Below are positions 24,324 through 36,933 of a DNA stretch of 64,000 nt, one piece after another. The notes beneath the pieces were generated by a model. It did not search any database. It was not told where the DNA came from and saw only the letters and a list, made by a program, of their open reading frames with translations. Source of the DNA: Macrostomum lignano (lineage: Eukaryota); the NCBI GenBank assembly GCA_002269645.1, contig NIVC01001014.1:62001-126000 (forward strand), read 5' to 3'. How positions within the stretch are numbered: the stretch's first letter is position 1; each line of letters opens with the position of its first letter. Made by a program: the position numbers and the translations under genes.

Positions 24324-27184
24324 ATCTACAGTGGCAACAACCGGGGCAGCGTGCAATTCTGGAGCGGCTTCGATCCGGACTTTATGCCGACTGCCTACCC
24401 GTTGATGCGGTCGAACGCGCGCAGCCAACAGCCGGCCAAGTGGGGCGTGCTCAACCTAGCGGCCTCCGCTGCTCTGCTCGAACAGCCCCTGAAAGAGTTC
24501 GACTCTGTGCGCAATAAACGACCAAGATTCCGTCTGGGGCCTCGCATTCTGGAAGAAGACCAGGACGGGTTCGGTGACAGGAACTCTGTTAGTTCGACTG
24601 CGTCAAGCCGGTCGCGCTCGGCTCTGGACACGATCGCGCCCAGGTATAGCTTCATCGCTCAGGTGAGACGGTCTTTAGTCAGTTTTAAAGTTTGTTCATT
24701 CTTCATTACACATACTATAGTGAGTGAGTGAGTCCAGTCAGTAGGTTTCTCTAACTAAAAGGCTCAATATGGAGGAGGTGAGCCAGCGAGAACTAAAGAA
24801 TCGCATGTATACATGCACTAGCAATCTTACTTCCCCATTGTGATTGCAACAAAGAAAGGAGTGTTCTTTAATAAACTCAACTCAGCCAATAAAGTAGCTC
24901 AGCCGCAGCTATTGCGCGGCGCATCTGAAGGCTGCGCACGACTGTTCAGTCCAAGAACTGGGGCCGTCGCCACACACCCTCAATTATCCCAGCTAATGCT
25001 GACACCCACGAGGCGTCGCCATGTATTTCATAGTGGGGGGACAAAGCCAAGAATTATTCATGTACACGTACACTATTTTCAGAATCAGTGCTGTCAGCGC
25101 TAATTTTGGCGCCACAGGCAACTCATTTTAGCGCCTCAGGCACTCATTTTTAGCGCCGCAGGCACTCATTTTTGCGTCACAAGCACTGATCTTGGCGCCG
25201 CAGGTACTATATACAATATTTTGTCGGCCTAAAACAAAACAAAATTATTGATTTCCAAAACGAGTCACAAGGTTTGGATGGGAAAAGGACAAAGCATTGG
25301 CATGTCCCCATTGAAGTGACACATTTTGGCTCTAGAAAGTTCCCATCCAGATTGAATGTATTTTAACCAATGAATGCGCTCCAAATAGCAAAAGCTGAGG
25401 ACACGACCCCAACCTCAACCAATGAAAAGCAGTGATGTACCATCCAATGCGATTAAGACTGAAAAGTACTATAAAAGCTCATGTTAACCAACCAAGAAGC
25501 TCGCCTTTTCTCTTCTCCGCGCCTCTTCTCACCCTCGCCTCTCTTTTGCCCTTCTCCTAGCCTACCTCCTTTGACTATTTTGATTGACACAGTTAGGGTC
25601 TCAACCCAAACGCTAAAACTGATAAATTGACTCACTAAAGCTAAACCAACACCGAATCCACGTTCTACAATAGACTGAACCTTCGGTTCACCTGAACTAT
25701 TAGAAACCCCTTGTAACTTAAGCTGAACGAGCTTCTTATTTGGAATTCCATCTTAGACACTATATTTTGTAAGATAACACCTCGAGATTGTGACCATCAA
25801 ATACAACGGTCTGTAAGTTACCATAAAGTGTTTGCATCATCAGGAAAAGTCAGTTGAATCCGCCGCCTCAGTTATTTGGCTCTCACATTGATATTTGAAG
25901 TACAATAGAACAAGAGCCATAGAAGTGAGAGACCAGAAGAAGAAAATAACCCACATATATATTTTAAAATATTTCACTATAGCTTTTACTGGGGGGGGGT
26001 ATTTATCCCCCTGTTCCCCCGGTGGCGACGCACCTGGCTGGCACCCATTTTACAGCTCGGTGAACTGAAGCAGTGCAGAGTTAAGACTCTAGCGTAAGGA
26101 CAAAAATTGTTCCAGTGGGATCAGGAATCGAACTCCAGACCTTCAAGTCGTGAGTCCGACGCTCTAACCACTGGGCTACAACCCATACTGCAACCCCTAC
26201 TTGACCTAAGAATAACTTTCAATTTGACCTTTGACATCTCAAATAATAATTAGTAAATAAATTCTCTCGCCCAGGACGGCAAGCTCGTTGAACGCGAAGT
26301 TCGTCGTTGGCCGCGTCAGAAGTTGCCAAATCTGATGGTTCGCTACAAGGTGTGCGAGCCGTACGCCAGCAACTACGGCAAGCGATCGGTTAAGCGCGCC
26401 GCCTCCCTAGCTATGCGACCAATCCTGCCGTCGACCAGGCGAATCTACGAACGCCCGATCTACATGGTGCCGCGCTCCATTGTCAACGATAATAAGCGAC
26501 GCCTGCTGGCCAGGCACGCGATGAAGGATATTCGAGAGCCTGGACCGGGCTGTGCTTACCGTTTGCCAGCTAAAGTGACTCTGCAGGAAGGAGAGCAGTG
26601 CAAGCGCTATCGAGAGCATCAGGCAGTGAGTAATTCTACTGAGTACGAGAGCGTAAATCGGGGGTCGGCGAACTTTTTTACCTGAAGAACCAGATGAAGA
26701 ACCTAGCTAATAGCCACGGGTCAGGAGAGAAGGGGAGGGAATAGAGGAGAGAAGAGGGGCGAGAGGAGAGGAGAGAAAGAGACAGGTTGCTAAGAGAGCT
26801 AAGAAGAGATGCAAACCTTGAGCGGGCCGGATTGCTATGTCCTTTATGTCTTTCTGAAATCGTTGAAATCTTTCTTCATTTCAGGCGAAGTACATTAGGG
26901 AGACCAGGTAAGTTTTACCGTTTTTCTTAATCTGTTGACGACAAAAGCCTAAAATATTTAAACGGTTCTGAGAAACATTCAGAAGGTTAGCATCAGCTCC
27001 ATTGCTATCCAACTATTCGAGTAGCTGCCAAGTAATCACGATTCCGCATCACGATCAACAAACAAACAAACAAAATTCGAAGCAAATAACAACAAAGTGC
27101 GAATGGCTTGGACCACCAAGAGCGGAATTACGATTGTACAGCTCGTCTTATTCGTCAGGTGGACGGTGGACGGTCTTGTTGTAG
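23904..27184 (+). CDS. Uncharacterised 4-exon protein, about 445 aa, no recognisable domain
   Basis: Exons 23904-24662, 26275-26625, 26885-26907 (23-nt microexon) and 26983-27184 join in frame through GT-AG junctions (donors GTGAGA, GTGAGT, GTAAGT). GC-rich codon-like composition; poly-Pro tract in exon 1. Confidence 0.7.
26036..26184 (-). mobile_element. tRNA-derived SINE, family B (CORE/V-like central domain)
   Basis: Minus strand GGGTTGTAGCCCAGTGGTTAGAGCGTCGGACTCACGACTTGAAGGTCTGGAGTTCGATTCC, followed by a CORE-like ..TTTGTCCTTACGCTAGAGTCTTAACTCTGCACTGCTTCAGTTCACCGAGCTGTAAAATGGG. Confidence 0.75.
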
Positions 27185-27227
27185 TTGATTAATGCCATAG
27201 AGAGCTCATTCACTCGTAGATGTAGTT

Positions 27228-27490
27228 CCAGGATCGACCAACTTTTTTCCCTCAAGGGCCAGATAAAATATCTAGCTCATTGCTGCAGGGGCCAGGTGTG
27301 AAAGGAAAGGAGAGGAGAGGGAAAAAGAGGAGAGAAATTCGAGCTAAAAGGAGAGAAGAGATAAGAGACGATTAGAGAAGAGAGGAGAGAGGGAGAAGAG
27401 AGAAGAGAAAATATACAAGAGAGCTGAGAAGAGACACAAAGCTTCGCTGGCAGCATGTTAGGTATCGCGGGCCAGAGTTTATATGATACA
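27228..27490. mobile_element. hAT/Charlie-like MITE with GA-rich core; related copies at about 26660-26835 and 33340-33630
   Basis: Ends of the type GGTCGGCAAACT..GGCCCG / GGGCCAGA typical of Charlie-like MITEs, flanking purine-rich simple sequence. Confidence 0.45.
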
Positions 27491-27719
27491 CAAGGCAGTC
27501 CAGATGCTGAAAACGATTTGTTTTCATGCTTTCCTCAAGATGAGCATGCTTAGAGAACAACACTGTCAAAGCGAGCTATGTCGGCTCACAAGTCTCACTC
27601 TGGAAACAACAACAGCAGCATTCCCAGTGGGATTTACTCTCAAGCTTCCTGCAGGTAACTAGCCAGCCCTATTCGGCGGCGCGTCTTTGTCGCTTAGGGG
27701 GTAGGGGGCAGCATCAAGT

Positions 27720-28140
27720 CCTGGCAGCGAAGAGCGCGGGACAACGTTGCGGCTTCTGGATCAGTGGCAGGGGGAATTTGACTCAATTTGACAGGTACAT
27801 ATCTGGCCGATGCTGGCGTCAAATAGTTCGAGACAGCGCCGCAGGGAGCAGCAGCAACAACAACAAAAACAACAACAGTAAAAAATCATCAGGAACAGAG
27901 GATGAAACAAAGAAATAGGAGAACAATGCCGTAACCTAACATGTAATAAGTAAATGAACAATACTATAGCGACCACAGCATGAGGAATACCGCAGGAGGA
28001 AAGCGTGGAACACTTGTTGGACTGCCCGGCGACCCGGTGGAAGAGAGAGGAGATGGACATCCGGGATCTCGCGGATCTTAACAACAAGGCCGAGAGGGTG
28101 CTCGACTTCTGGAGATGGATCAGGGGCAGGAAGGTCAATT
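27720..28140 (+). mobile_element. Non-LTR retrotransposon 3' relic (C-terminal zinc-knuckle-like region)
   Basis: Broken frames give LLDQWQGEFDS and EESVEHLLDCPATRWKREEM, resembling the C-terminal motif of LINE ORF2 proteins. Confidence 0.45.
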
Positions 28141-29094
28141 GCATCAACAAAACATGCTGTTACAAGAGTATCATATAGTTAATTGATTGCAATTTCAAAA
28201 GAGGCTAAACGAACAACTTAAACAAAAATGATGTGGATTCTCTAGCAGTGCGTTTATTAATAATTCATTACCACTCGCTCAACGCGTCCCTGCAGAGAAC
28301 GAATTGAATACGAGGAGCAACGGAAGGAGAAGCACAGGCAAGCGGAAGCCAGCTTCAGTAGCGGAACGATTAGCCCCAGCGCGCCTGTCAGTTGAGCAAT
28401 GCATAAATAATGCCTTGTAGGAAGGAACTGGAGGAACTGCTCAAACTCGTCACCTCTAAAGCTATTATTTTTCCTTTAATAAATAGTTACATTAATAGCT
28501 CTTTATTATAAATAGAGTTCTTTAAGTACTACACGTACAACCAAAATTAGTTATAAAGTTAGTTTTTTTGCAAAAAACGTCTACCAATATTTGCATTGTC
28601 AGTGCAGTGACTTGTCGGTTGAAAACTAACCCAAAACAGTTTATTAAGTTTTTTCTTTATTTTAATCTGTTAGTATAAACTGTGTGTGGGTGGTATTATA
28701 TTTATTTTGACTACATTGTTCTATCAACTGTCAAAACTGAATTGCTTGCTTTCTACCGTGCCCAAATACATTTCACGCGTATCTATACTTTTACTGCAAC
28801 TTTCAATAAACCACAGCATTTACAGCACTGATAATAAAATAATATTATCATTAATTATAATAATGATATTATAGTGACTAACAATCATTGGGTCCTTCAC
28901 TTTCCTATCATTTCCTATCATAAATGCTAACTTTATAAAACGCATTTTTTATCGTAAGCCTTGTTAAATACAGTAAATATGGAAAAATGTACCCTATGAA
29001 TTAATGACAAAGAATTCATAATATTCAATAATTTGCAATCAGCATACTAAGCCTTCTACGGCACTGCAATAATAGTAAATCTCTACGCGAGATC

Positions 29095-31345
29095 ATGTCC
29101 ATGAGAATTATGGACTGTGATGTTATCGGTCTCCAGGAGGTGTCTATCAAGGCTGATCCGGGGCTTCACTGCAAGGATCTGGGCGCCGGATGGATCCTTT
29201 ACTACACATCGGCGGACCAACGAGGCCGTGTAGGAGTTGGAGCGCTGGTCGGACCGAGGCTGCATCAGAGCTGTCGCTGCGTCTCTCTGTCCCCTCGGCT
29301 GCTTCGGGTGGACGTCCGGCTTCGCGGCCGGAACGTTTGCCTGTTCTGCGCGTATGTGTGCCCCTGCCACCCGTCCTTATGAGGTGCTCAAGACTTCTTC
29401 GAGCAGCTTTCGGTACAGGTAGCGCAGCGTGATACAGTGATCATCCTCGGAGACCTGTACAGGGTTTTGCGTAGGTTTGAGCGGTCTCTGTTTGTTACAC
29501 CGCGTGAGAACAGCAACACCGGAGCGCTGGAGGACTTCCTAGAGAGGCAGGACATGGTGTCGGCCAAATACTCTTTTCCGCAAGCCGCCGGGCAGGCTCG
29601 TAACGTGTTGTGGGCTGCAAGTGCAGGCGGCGAAATGCGCGTGGACGGAAGGCAACACAGGCACAGCTCGATCACGTGCTGGTGCGCTTCCGAGAGCGCC
29701 GCCGCGTCATCAATTGGGCCGCGCCATCATGTCGCTGGCTCTGCGGTCCGATTATCGGTTCCTCTTCTGCGACCTTCGTCTTCGCGATCCGCTCTACCGT
29801 CCGCTGAAGTGGCCATCGCGGCGCTACTACCATGCGCTAAGGGACTCCGACACGAACAGCCGCTTTGCCAGCGCTTTCATAACTGCGCTCGGCGGCAAGC
29901 GTGGAGGTACCGAGTACGCGGAGGTGTGTGCTACAGTTCGAGCCGCCGCGGAACAAGCAGTCCCGCTGATGCGACCGGCCCAGCGGAGGCAGTCGGTATG
30001 GCAAGACAACCCTGCGATTCGGCAAGCGAGGTAAGAGCTAGAGAGGTTTCGTTTGAGCTGGCGACCAACCCGCGGGCAGAGGAGGCCTTGGCGGCTGTCT
30101 ATCTGCAGCGCCAGCAGGCTGCTGTTGATGACGCCATTCGGGCCGTCTCCGCCACTGAGCCTGTGGCCTGGTCGGCGGCTATCAACGCTCTGACAGGGTG
30201 AAATCGGCGCATTCGTCTAAACCTGGCAGGCGACTCTGCGGACAAGCACAGGAACGAGCTGCGTGAGTTCTTCGCCGCTATTGTCAACGCGCCGCCACCC
30301 CCGCTGCCAGACATTCTGACGCTGCCGCCGGAGATACCGCTGCCGGCAGAGGTGAGTTTCAGCCTAGAACCAGTCAGCACAGCCGACGTTGTGAGGCTCG
30401 CCCAACAGTTACCGGCGGGAATGCGCTGGGTCCGGACGAGGTGCCCATCGAGGCGCTGCGCATTCACTGTGTGGCCGGTGAGGTCGCCAGAGTGATGAAT
30501 CGCGTGCTCTTCGGTGAGGAGGCACCCAACGAATGAACCACGGTGCACATCGTTGCATTTTCTAAGATGCCGGGCACCACATGGTATGAAAAGCATCGAG
30601 GTATCTGCCTTCAGACCTGCCCTGTTCAACCGGATGCTGCTATCTTGGTTTCAGCCCGTGTTGGATCCGTACCTGCGCCAGAGCAGCTGATTTCCGCCAT
30701 CATGGCGATGTACTGCGATACGAAAGCTGCTGTTTCAAAACCTGACGGCCTATCGGACTTCTTTGAGACATCCTTTGGGGTGTTTCAGGGAGATACGCTT
30801 GCGCCGTTCCTGTTCGTTTTGGTGCTTGACTGGGTGCTGCGGACCGCTCTTCCTACCAACGACGACGGCTTTCTGCTGTTGCGGCGACGCGTGGGTCGAC
30901 GTCAACCGGAGAGGCGTCTCAGCGTGCTTGGCTACGCTAACGATCTCGTTCTGCTGTCCTCAACTGTCGAGGGCGCACAGCGACAACTGGACAAGCTAGT
31001 TGCTGTTGCGGCGAGTGTCGGCCTGGTGGTCAACACGCAGAAAACCGTCGTGCTCTGCGTGCCGGACGACATTGGGGCTGCGATTTTGTGCCCAGGCGCT
31101 GACGGAGCCTCCGCGTTGTCAGCAGTTCGTCTACCTCGGCGGTCTGGTTCCCGGCGTCCGCGAGGATCTGCGGCGTCGCCGCGGGCTTGCCTGGGCTGCC
31201 TTTTGTTCTGTGAGAGCGGTCCTGCAGTACGAGGCCTTACCTGACCGCCAGAGGGCGGCGCTGTTCCAGGCGGTGATCGAGACCGTCCTGTTGTATAGTA
31301 CAACGCCGAGCCCTGGACGCTAACGGAGTCGCTCGAGCAACAAGA
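29095..31345 (+). mobile_element. Degenerate APE-type non-LTR retrotransposon (endonuclease + RT; RTE-like)
   Basis: DVIGLQEV, IILGD and AQLDHVLVR (APE); GVFQGDTLAPFLFVLVLDWVLR and LSVLGYANDLVLLS (RT); CQQFVYLGG. Multiple frameshifts and stops. Confidence 0.9.
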
Positions 31346-31541
31346 ATGAGTTAGGAATCAACTGGCAGAGCCACACCCGGGTTCAAATTAATATGTTAAA
31401 TAATCCGAATTTTCTGACAAAATGTTAATTTCGGACGTTTGAAAGTTGGCGTTTCGAAAGTCCAATGAAAGCAATCAATGCAGAGCTGATGCTTTCTGCT
31501 TTGATTGCACGATTCACATAATTTGCGAGTACATAGCGTCA

Positions 31542-33088
31542 CAGGGACAACTTAAACTACCGGGACGCGAAACAAACCAAATCATGGCGAAAAAAGTTGG
31601 GGGCTCGTTTGAGTCTATGGGCGCCCGATTTCTCATGCATCAAATGCTTAGCTTAGCTGCTGAAAAGACTAAGGCCACAGTATTATTTTTGCTTTAAAAG
31701 GTTCAGTAAGTTGTCTAAAAGGTTTTTTATTCAGTTTTAAATATGCTTTTTCAGAGCACAATGACATACAATTAGACACGCGAGATATTCACGTAGAAAA
31801 GGTTTAAACTTAGCATGGTGTATATATGGTGGAACGGAACTGAACATAACTTTTTTGAGGAGGAACTTATACGGGGACCTGTATACTGTATAGGAAAAAC
31901 TGGTGTACGAAGCGAAAATTACATATATTTAAGCATGTGAGATAAGCACGAGAAAAAAGTTTAAAAGCATGAAATGGTGAGTGTACAAAAGTACAACGCA
32001 ACTCGTACTTGTAGAATAGAACACAGAAAATAGGACTAAACAGAACGAATTTTAGGAGGAACCCAGATAAGGAGCAGCTAGATATGAAAGACTTCGGATT
32101 GGAAAATTTGAAACTCCTAAGACAGAATACTAAAAACTATTTGGCCTCCCAGTTTGCGTAGCTTTCTGTCGTGCGATGTAGTCGGCGCAGGTGCAACCTT
32201 CGATGAGCGCTTTACCAGGCCTTTAAAATAAACATTCGTAAGCCGACGACTCATTGAAGACTTGGAGAGCGAGTGTTACCTTCGTTTTTCTGTATGCTTG
32301 AACTGAAGGATAGCAAGCTTCGTGGGTTAATTCCGTTCGTTTGACGACGTGATATTCTTCTGATTTGTACAGTCGGATCACGTCCATCCATTTGGCCGAT
32401 ATAACTGTCTGCACCTGGCGGTTGAATTTAAGGTTCCATTGGATTCAGTTTGCCAATTATTGCAAGTCTCGAATCAAAACTGGCGTATGCATAATGAATG
32501 CGCGAACGGAGAAGTTTGGGGCAATAAAAACTGTCTGTCTGTCCGTCTGTATCAAGCACGAAGAGGGAAAGCCAGAGAAGACAGAAGGCGGATCTTTCGG
32601 TCTTTCATGTCGACCATTCTTTAACATCGGGTGTCACTTGGCCAGTGCTTTTGGCATATGTCCATGTGTTCAGTCACTTTCTAGAATGGTAAATTTTATC
32701 GCAGTGGTTATTTTTAACAATTAGTTTGTAAATAAATTCATCCACGCATACCAGCGTATGATCGCTTAGAATTAACATCCTCTTTACCTCAAAAATATTT
32801 GGTAGAGTTTGTCTCCAACGCTCCCGTTCTCGTGCATCTCAAGGAAGAGCAAATATCGTTGTTCGGCTTTCTTCTGAGTTATAGTTTGATCTGCAGTTAA
32901 AGACGCTGCACTTTCTCGACATTTTTTAGTCGCACAAGAGTTGAGGGCTTTTTATTTGCCCTCACACCTCTTTATAGACTGAAGAGTTGTAGTTGGAACG
33001 GCCATAGAACACTGCTTTCAAACGAGCCCCCAACTTTTTTCACCATGATTTGGCTTGTTTCGCGTCCCGGTAGTTTTAGTTGTCCCTG
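31542..33088 (-). mobile_element. P-superfamily DNA transposon, internally deleted
   Basis: About 70-bp TIRs starting CAGGGACAACT and a perfect 8-bp TSD TAGCGTCA (31534-41, 33089-96). THAP start at 32922 (MSRKCSVFNCRSNY..IFALP*DARERERW); P-transposase fragment KWMDVIRLYK..RKTKVTLALQVFNES at 32223-32414. Confidence 0.9.
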
Positions 33089-33666
33089 TAGCGTCATTAT
33101 TCTATATAATGTTCATTAATCCCCCGACAAAAGTACTAAACCTTTGAAAAGAGAATTTGACAACGTCTGGCACTACAGTGCAGATGGGATTTGATGGGTA
33201 TGCCATCAAACTGTGTCCATCGACTTATGCAGAATAGCATATTAGGTACGTATTAGACGTCAAATTTAATTTTTTTTCGGAAAAGTATAGTTAAGACAAA
33301 GCCAATGCAAGTTATCGTTCTTTCATCGTTCCTATAAGTCATAGGTCGGCAAACTCCGGCCCGTGGGCCACATGTGGCCCGCAGAGCATCTCTATCTGGC
33401 CCTCGGGTCCTTTGAAACTTCGCAATAGCCATCCGGTCCGCGATCTATGTTTATATCTCTTCTTAGCACTCTTCTCTCTAATCTCCCCGCTCCTCTCTCC
33501 TCTTCTCTCCACTCCTTTCATCTACTTTATTTACTCGCCTCTCCTTTCTCTTATCTCCCTTCTCTCTTCGCTATTCTCTCTCCTCTCTCCCCTCTTCTGG
33601 CCATTCAGCTATTCTCTAGGTTCTCTATTTGACCCTTGAAGTAAACGCCGAACCCAGCTACATGTG

Positions 33667-36600
33667 TGTAGTGCACTGCTATTGCGGGTCTCTCCTTCGC
33701 TCTCTCACTTTAGCCTTCCCCCACGTGCGTGTACGCCCTCGCACTATTACGCAACAGTGGCACGTTGTGCTCACTAGCTCGTTGTGCTCACTAGTATATA
33801 TAATGCTTAAATATACGGCCATGAGAGCCTAACTTCTGCACCTACACAAGCGCACTACAATGGCGTCGCAGCTAAACTTACCAAGCCCAGCGCGCTTGGA
33901 CCAGCGAACAGACCCTAACACGGCCCAGACTAAATGGAAAAAGTGGTACGCACAATTTGAACTTTTCGCTGTGGCTGCAAACATCGAAGACAAAAAGCGG
34001 CTTCGCCAGCTTTTGCTGTATACAGCCGGAGAGGACTTGCAGACGATTGCGGCCGGTCTCGGCGACAAAGAGGCAGCAGGCAAAGACGTTGAAACACTCG
34101 TAGCCGCGCTTAACGACCACTTCGACAGCAAGCGGAATCTCCCGTTCACCCGCTATCAGTTCAGGTTGTGCACGCAGCGGTCTGGCGAGCCCATCGACGA
34201 ATGGCTCCAGCGCCTCAAAGATGCTGCCGACTGCTGCGGCTTCGAGGGCCTCAGAGACTCCCTGATCCGTGACCAGATGATCGCCGGCTGCAGTTCAAAG
34301 CAGCTTCGCCGCAAGCTGCTAGCGATCGACAACGTCGACCTGGAGCAGGCGCTTCGGGTGGCCAGGGCCATGGAGGCAGCGGAGTCGCAGGCCAGCCTCA
34401 TGGAGACCAGCGCAGCGACCGTGCAGCGGCTGCGCAAGCGCGAGTCCAGCCCGCCAGAGCAGCCGCAGGAATCAGCCACACAGACAGCCGATCGCAAGCA
34501 GCCAAAGTGCATTTGCTGCGGCAACTTCGGCCACCGCAGCTGCAGCGCAGCGGTAGGCAAGACCTGCAACCGATGCGGCAAGCCGAATCACCTCGCCAAG
34601 GCCTGCTTGTCCAGGCCAGAGGACGTGCGAGCTCTGCGAGTCGGCAGCGACAGTTTAGGTGAAGAGGACGACGTCTTCTGCCTTACCGTGATGGCCTCTG
34701 ACACGAGCGCGGCAGCGGCTCGGGCTACCGTGCTGGTAGAAGCGACTCCAGCGCAGGTGCTGGTGGACAGCGGAGCCGACTGTAACATCCTCACCGAGGC
34801 AGCCTGGCGGAAGCTCCCGGGGCCCCCAGGCCTGCAGCCGACGACAAAGAGGATATTCCCATATCGCTCAGCAAAACCTCTGCGCACTCGGGGAGTCTGC
34901 AGCCTGCGAGTCTCAGTTGGCCCGAGGGTTCAGCGGGCCAGCTTCATCATCGTCCCCGGTAGCGGCATCAGTGTGCTCGGCTGTGCAACCTCTACATCCC
35001 TGCAGCTGCTGAGTCTGGAGACGCAGGCCCGGGCACCGGCCAGAGAGGCTACAAGTCTGACCGATGCTCTTAATGACGAGCAACCAGCCCCACGACAGAG
35101 TATCGCTGCAGCAGCTCAGCACCGGCGAGTTCGCATTGGAAGGCCCGACCAACAACAGCATCCGCGAGGCCACTGCTCGGGACCCGGCTCTGAACTTCGT
35201 CATGCAGGCGCTGGCGACTGGCAACTGGCGCTTCGGCGCTACAGCCCAGGCGAGCAGCTTCCATTCGCTCAAGCGAGAGCTTCTGGTGCGGGACGACATG
35301 CTGCTCAGGGGCGGCAGGATCGTTGTACCCGCAGCGCTTCAGCAGCAGACCATCAGTTGGGCCCACCAGGGTCAATTCGGCAGGAGAAAGGCCATCGACC
35401 GGCTGCGGAAGGAGTTCTGGTGGCCCGGCATGGTCCGGCAGGCGCAGGCGGCTCTGTCAAGGCGACGCCTGCACCAGAACATCGGAGGCGGTGACGCGCG
35501 CGAGACACTCCCAGCCGGCCAACAGCGGATGGCAGACACAGCAGGAGACGTTCAGCAGCCGTCAGAGCGCGACTGGAAGCTGGTGACCAGACGGCGCGCC
35601 GCTAATTTCAATCGGCGCTGCGCCAGCAAGTAACCGAAGCTGTGCGATTGGCTATTGGAAGTCCACCGGCTGAGCAGCAACACGTCAGCGGGACACAATG
35701 CCACAGCAGCACAGCCGGGCTCTATTAATTGAACAAATTACATATGCGCAAATTACATAAATTTACTTAAATGTATCAAATGTTTAAGTTTTTGTTATGC
35801 TTAACCTGCGAAGTTATCTAATTTCTACTTCCTAACTCTAAGGCTTTGTACTTTTTTGGTTGGGGGAGAGATGTAGTGCACTGCTATTGCGGGTCTCTCC
35901 TTCGCTCTCTCACTTTAGCCTTCCCCACGTGCGTGTACGCCCTCGCACTATTACGCAACAGTGGCACGTTGTGCTCACTAGCTCGTTGTGCTCACTAGTA
36001 TATATAATGCTTAAATATACGGCCATGAGAGCCTAACTTCTGTGGTTTTGTCTCGCATAGAGACGCCTAACCGCAGTACCCCGTGAAACTTGTCTCTGCC
36101 TGGCTGAAAGCTTGTAATGAGTGAGTAGGCTGGGTTGGAGGGTAATAGTGGATCGGGAAGGGCTGTGGGTAGCTGTATAGGAAGGCAGGCCTATACCTGT
36201 ACCAAGGTGCTCTGACGGTATCCCTCAGGCGCCCTCTGAGCGTACAGCCAGCGACCCTATTAAAGCTGGAGTGTGCCAGAACCAGGACCGAGTCTGAGCA
36301 GGACGAGACCGTTGGCACGGTCACTATAGAAATGGCGGGTTGGCGAAGCAAAGGGTGAAACAGTCCCGGCGAATAGCCCTCCTGCCGCTTCAAAGATAAG
36401 AGACTGTCTGGCAAGAGTACCCGGGGCTTAGTTGGGGGGAGGCTCCTTCGGGTTGCCACGGCCGTGGGGGCGGTCAAATGACCGGCATTCTGGCTATTCT
36501 AACCCTGGAGAAGGCACGGGCTTCCCTGATTGGTTCTCTCAACCCCCTCCGGCCTCGGGGAGGTTTATGATTTGTACCCGGGGGTGGTGGGCGGTCGGCC

Positions 36601-36933
36601 CCAGCATGGATGCCACGGCTCTAGGCCTTCGGGCCATCCCTATTAGGCAGGGGGTCTTCTAACCTGGTTTTTGGGCACGGGCTCCTGACTGGTTCGTCGA
36701 ACCGCTGTCACTGTCCCCCGAGGAGGTTTGGTTTTTGTGATACTGCCCTGTACAGTCCTCTATATTCTATCTAGGCTTTAGTGTACATTAGTGCACTCCC
36801 AATCTGGAACCTAATTTATAACTAGTGGCGTAAGAGCCTATTTACTAAGGCTGAGGCGCCGGAATTACTTATCAATAGTCAATAGTCAATAGCCATGAGA
36901 GCCTAACTTCTGCACCTACACAAGCGCACTACA
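33667..36933 (+). mobile_element. Ty3/Gypsy-type LTR retrotransposon, non-autonomous (gag-protease intact, RT/RNase H and integrase core deleted)
   Basis: 193-bp LTRs TGTAG..CTACA at 33667-33859 and 35872-36933 (interrupted) differ by a single C. 5-bp TSD ATGTG (33662-66, 36934-38); PPT GGTTGGGGGAGAGA before 35872; PBS-like TGGCG at 33861. ORF 33860-35494 has Gag CCHC (CNRCGKPNHLAKAC) and protease VDSGAD; integrase zinc-binding remnant RIVVP..WAHQGQFG..FWWPGM. Confidence 0.95.
36043..36891 (+). mobile_element. 849-bp non-coding retroposon-like insertion within the 3' LTR
   Basis: Flanked by a perfect 21-bp duplication GCCATGAGAGCCTAACTTCTG (36022-42, 36892-912); ends in (GTCAATA)n-type tandem repeats; no credible ORF. 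Confidence 0.85.

Noticed and set aside
36700-36760. HDV-like ribozyme suggested by AAACCTCCTCG on the minus strand of the LTR insertion
   Set aside because: I could not build the required P1, P1.1 and P2 pairings by hand; no hammerhead core was found either.
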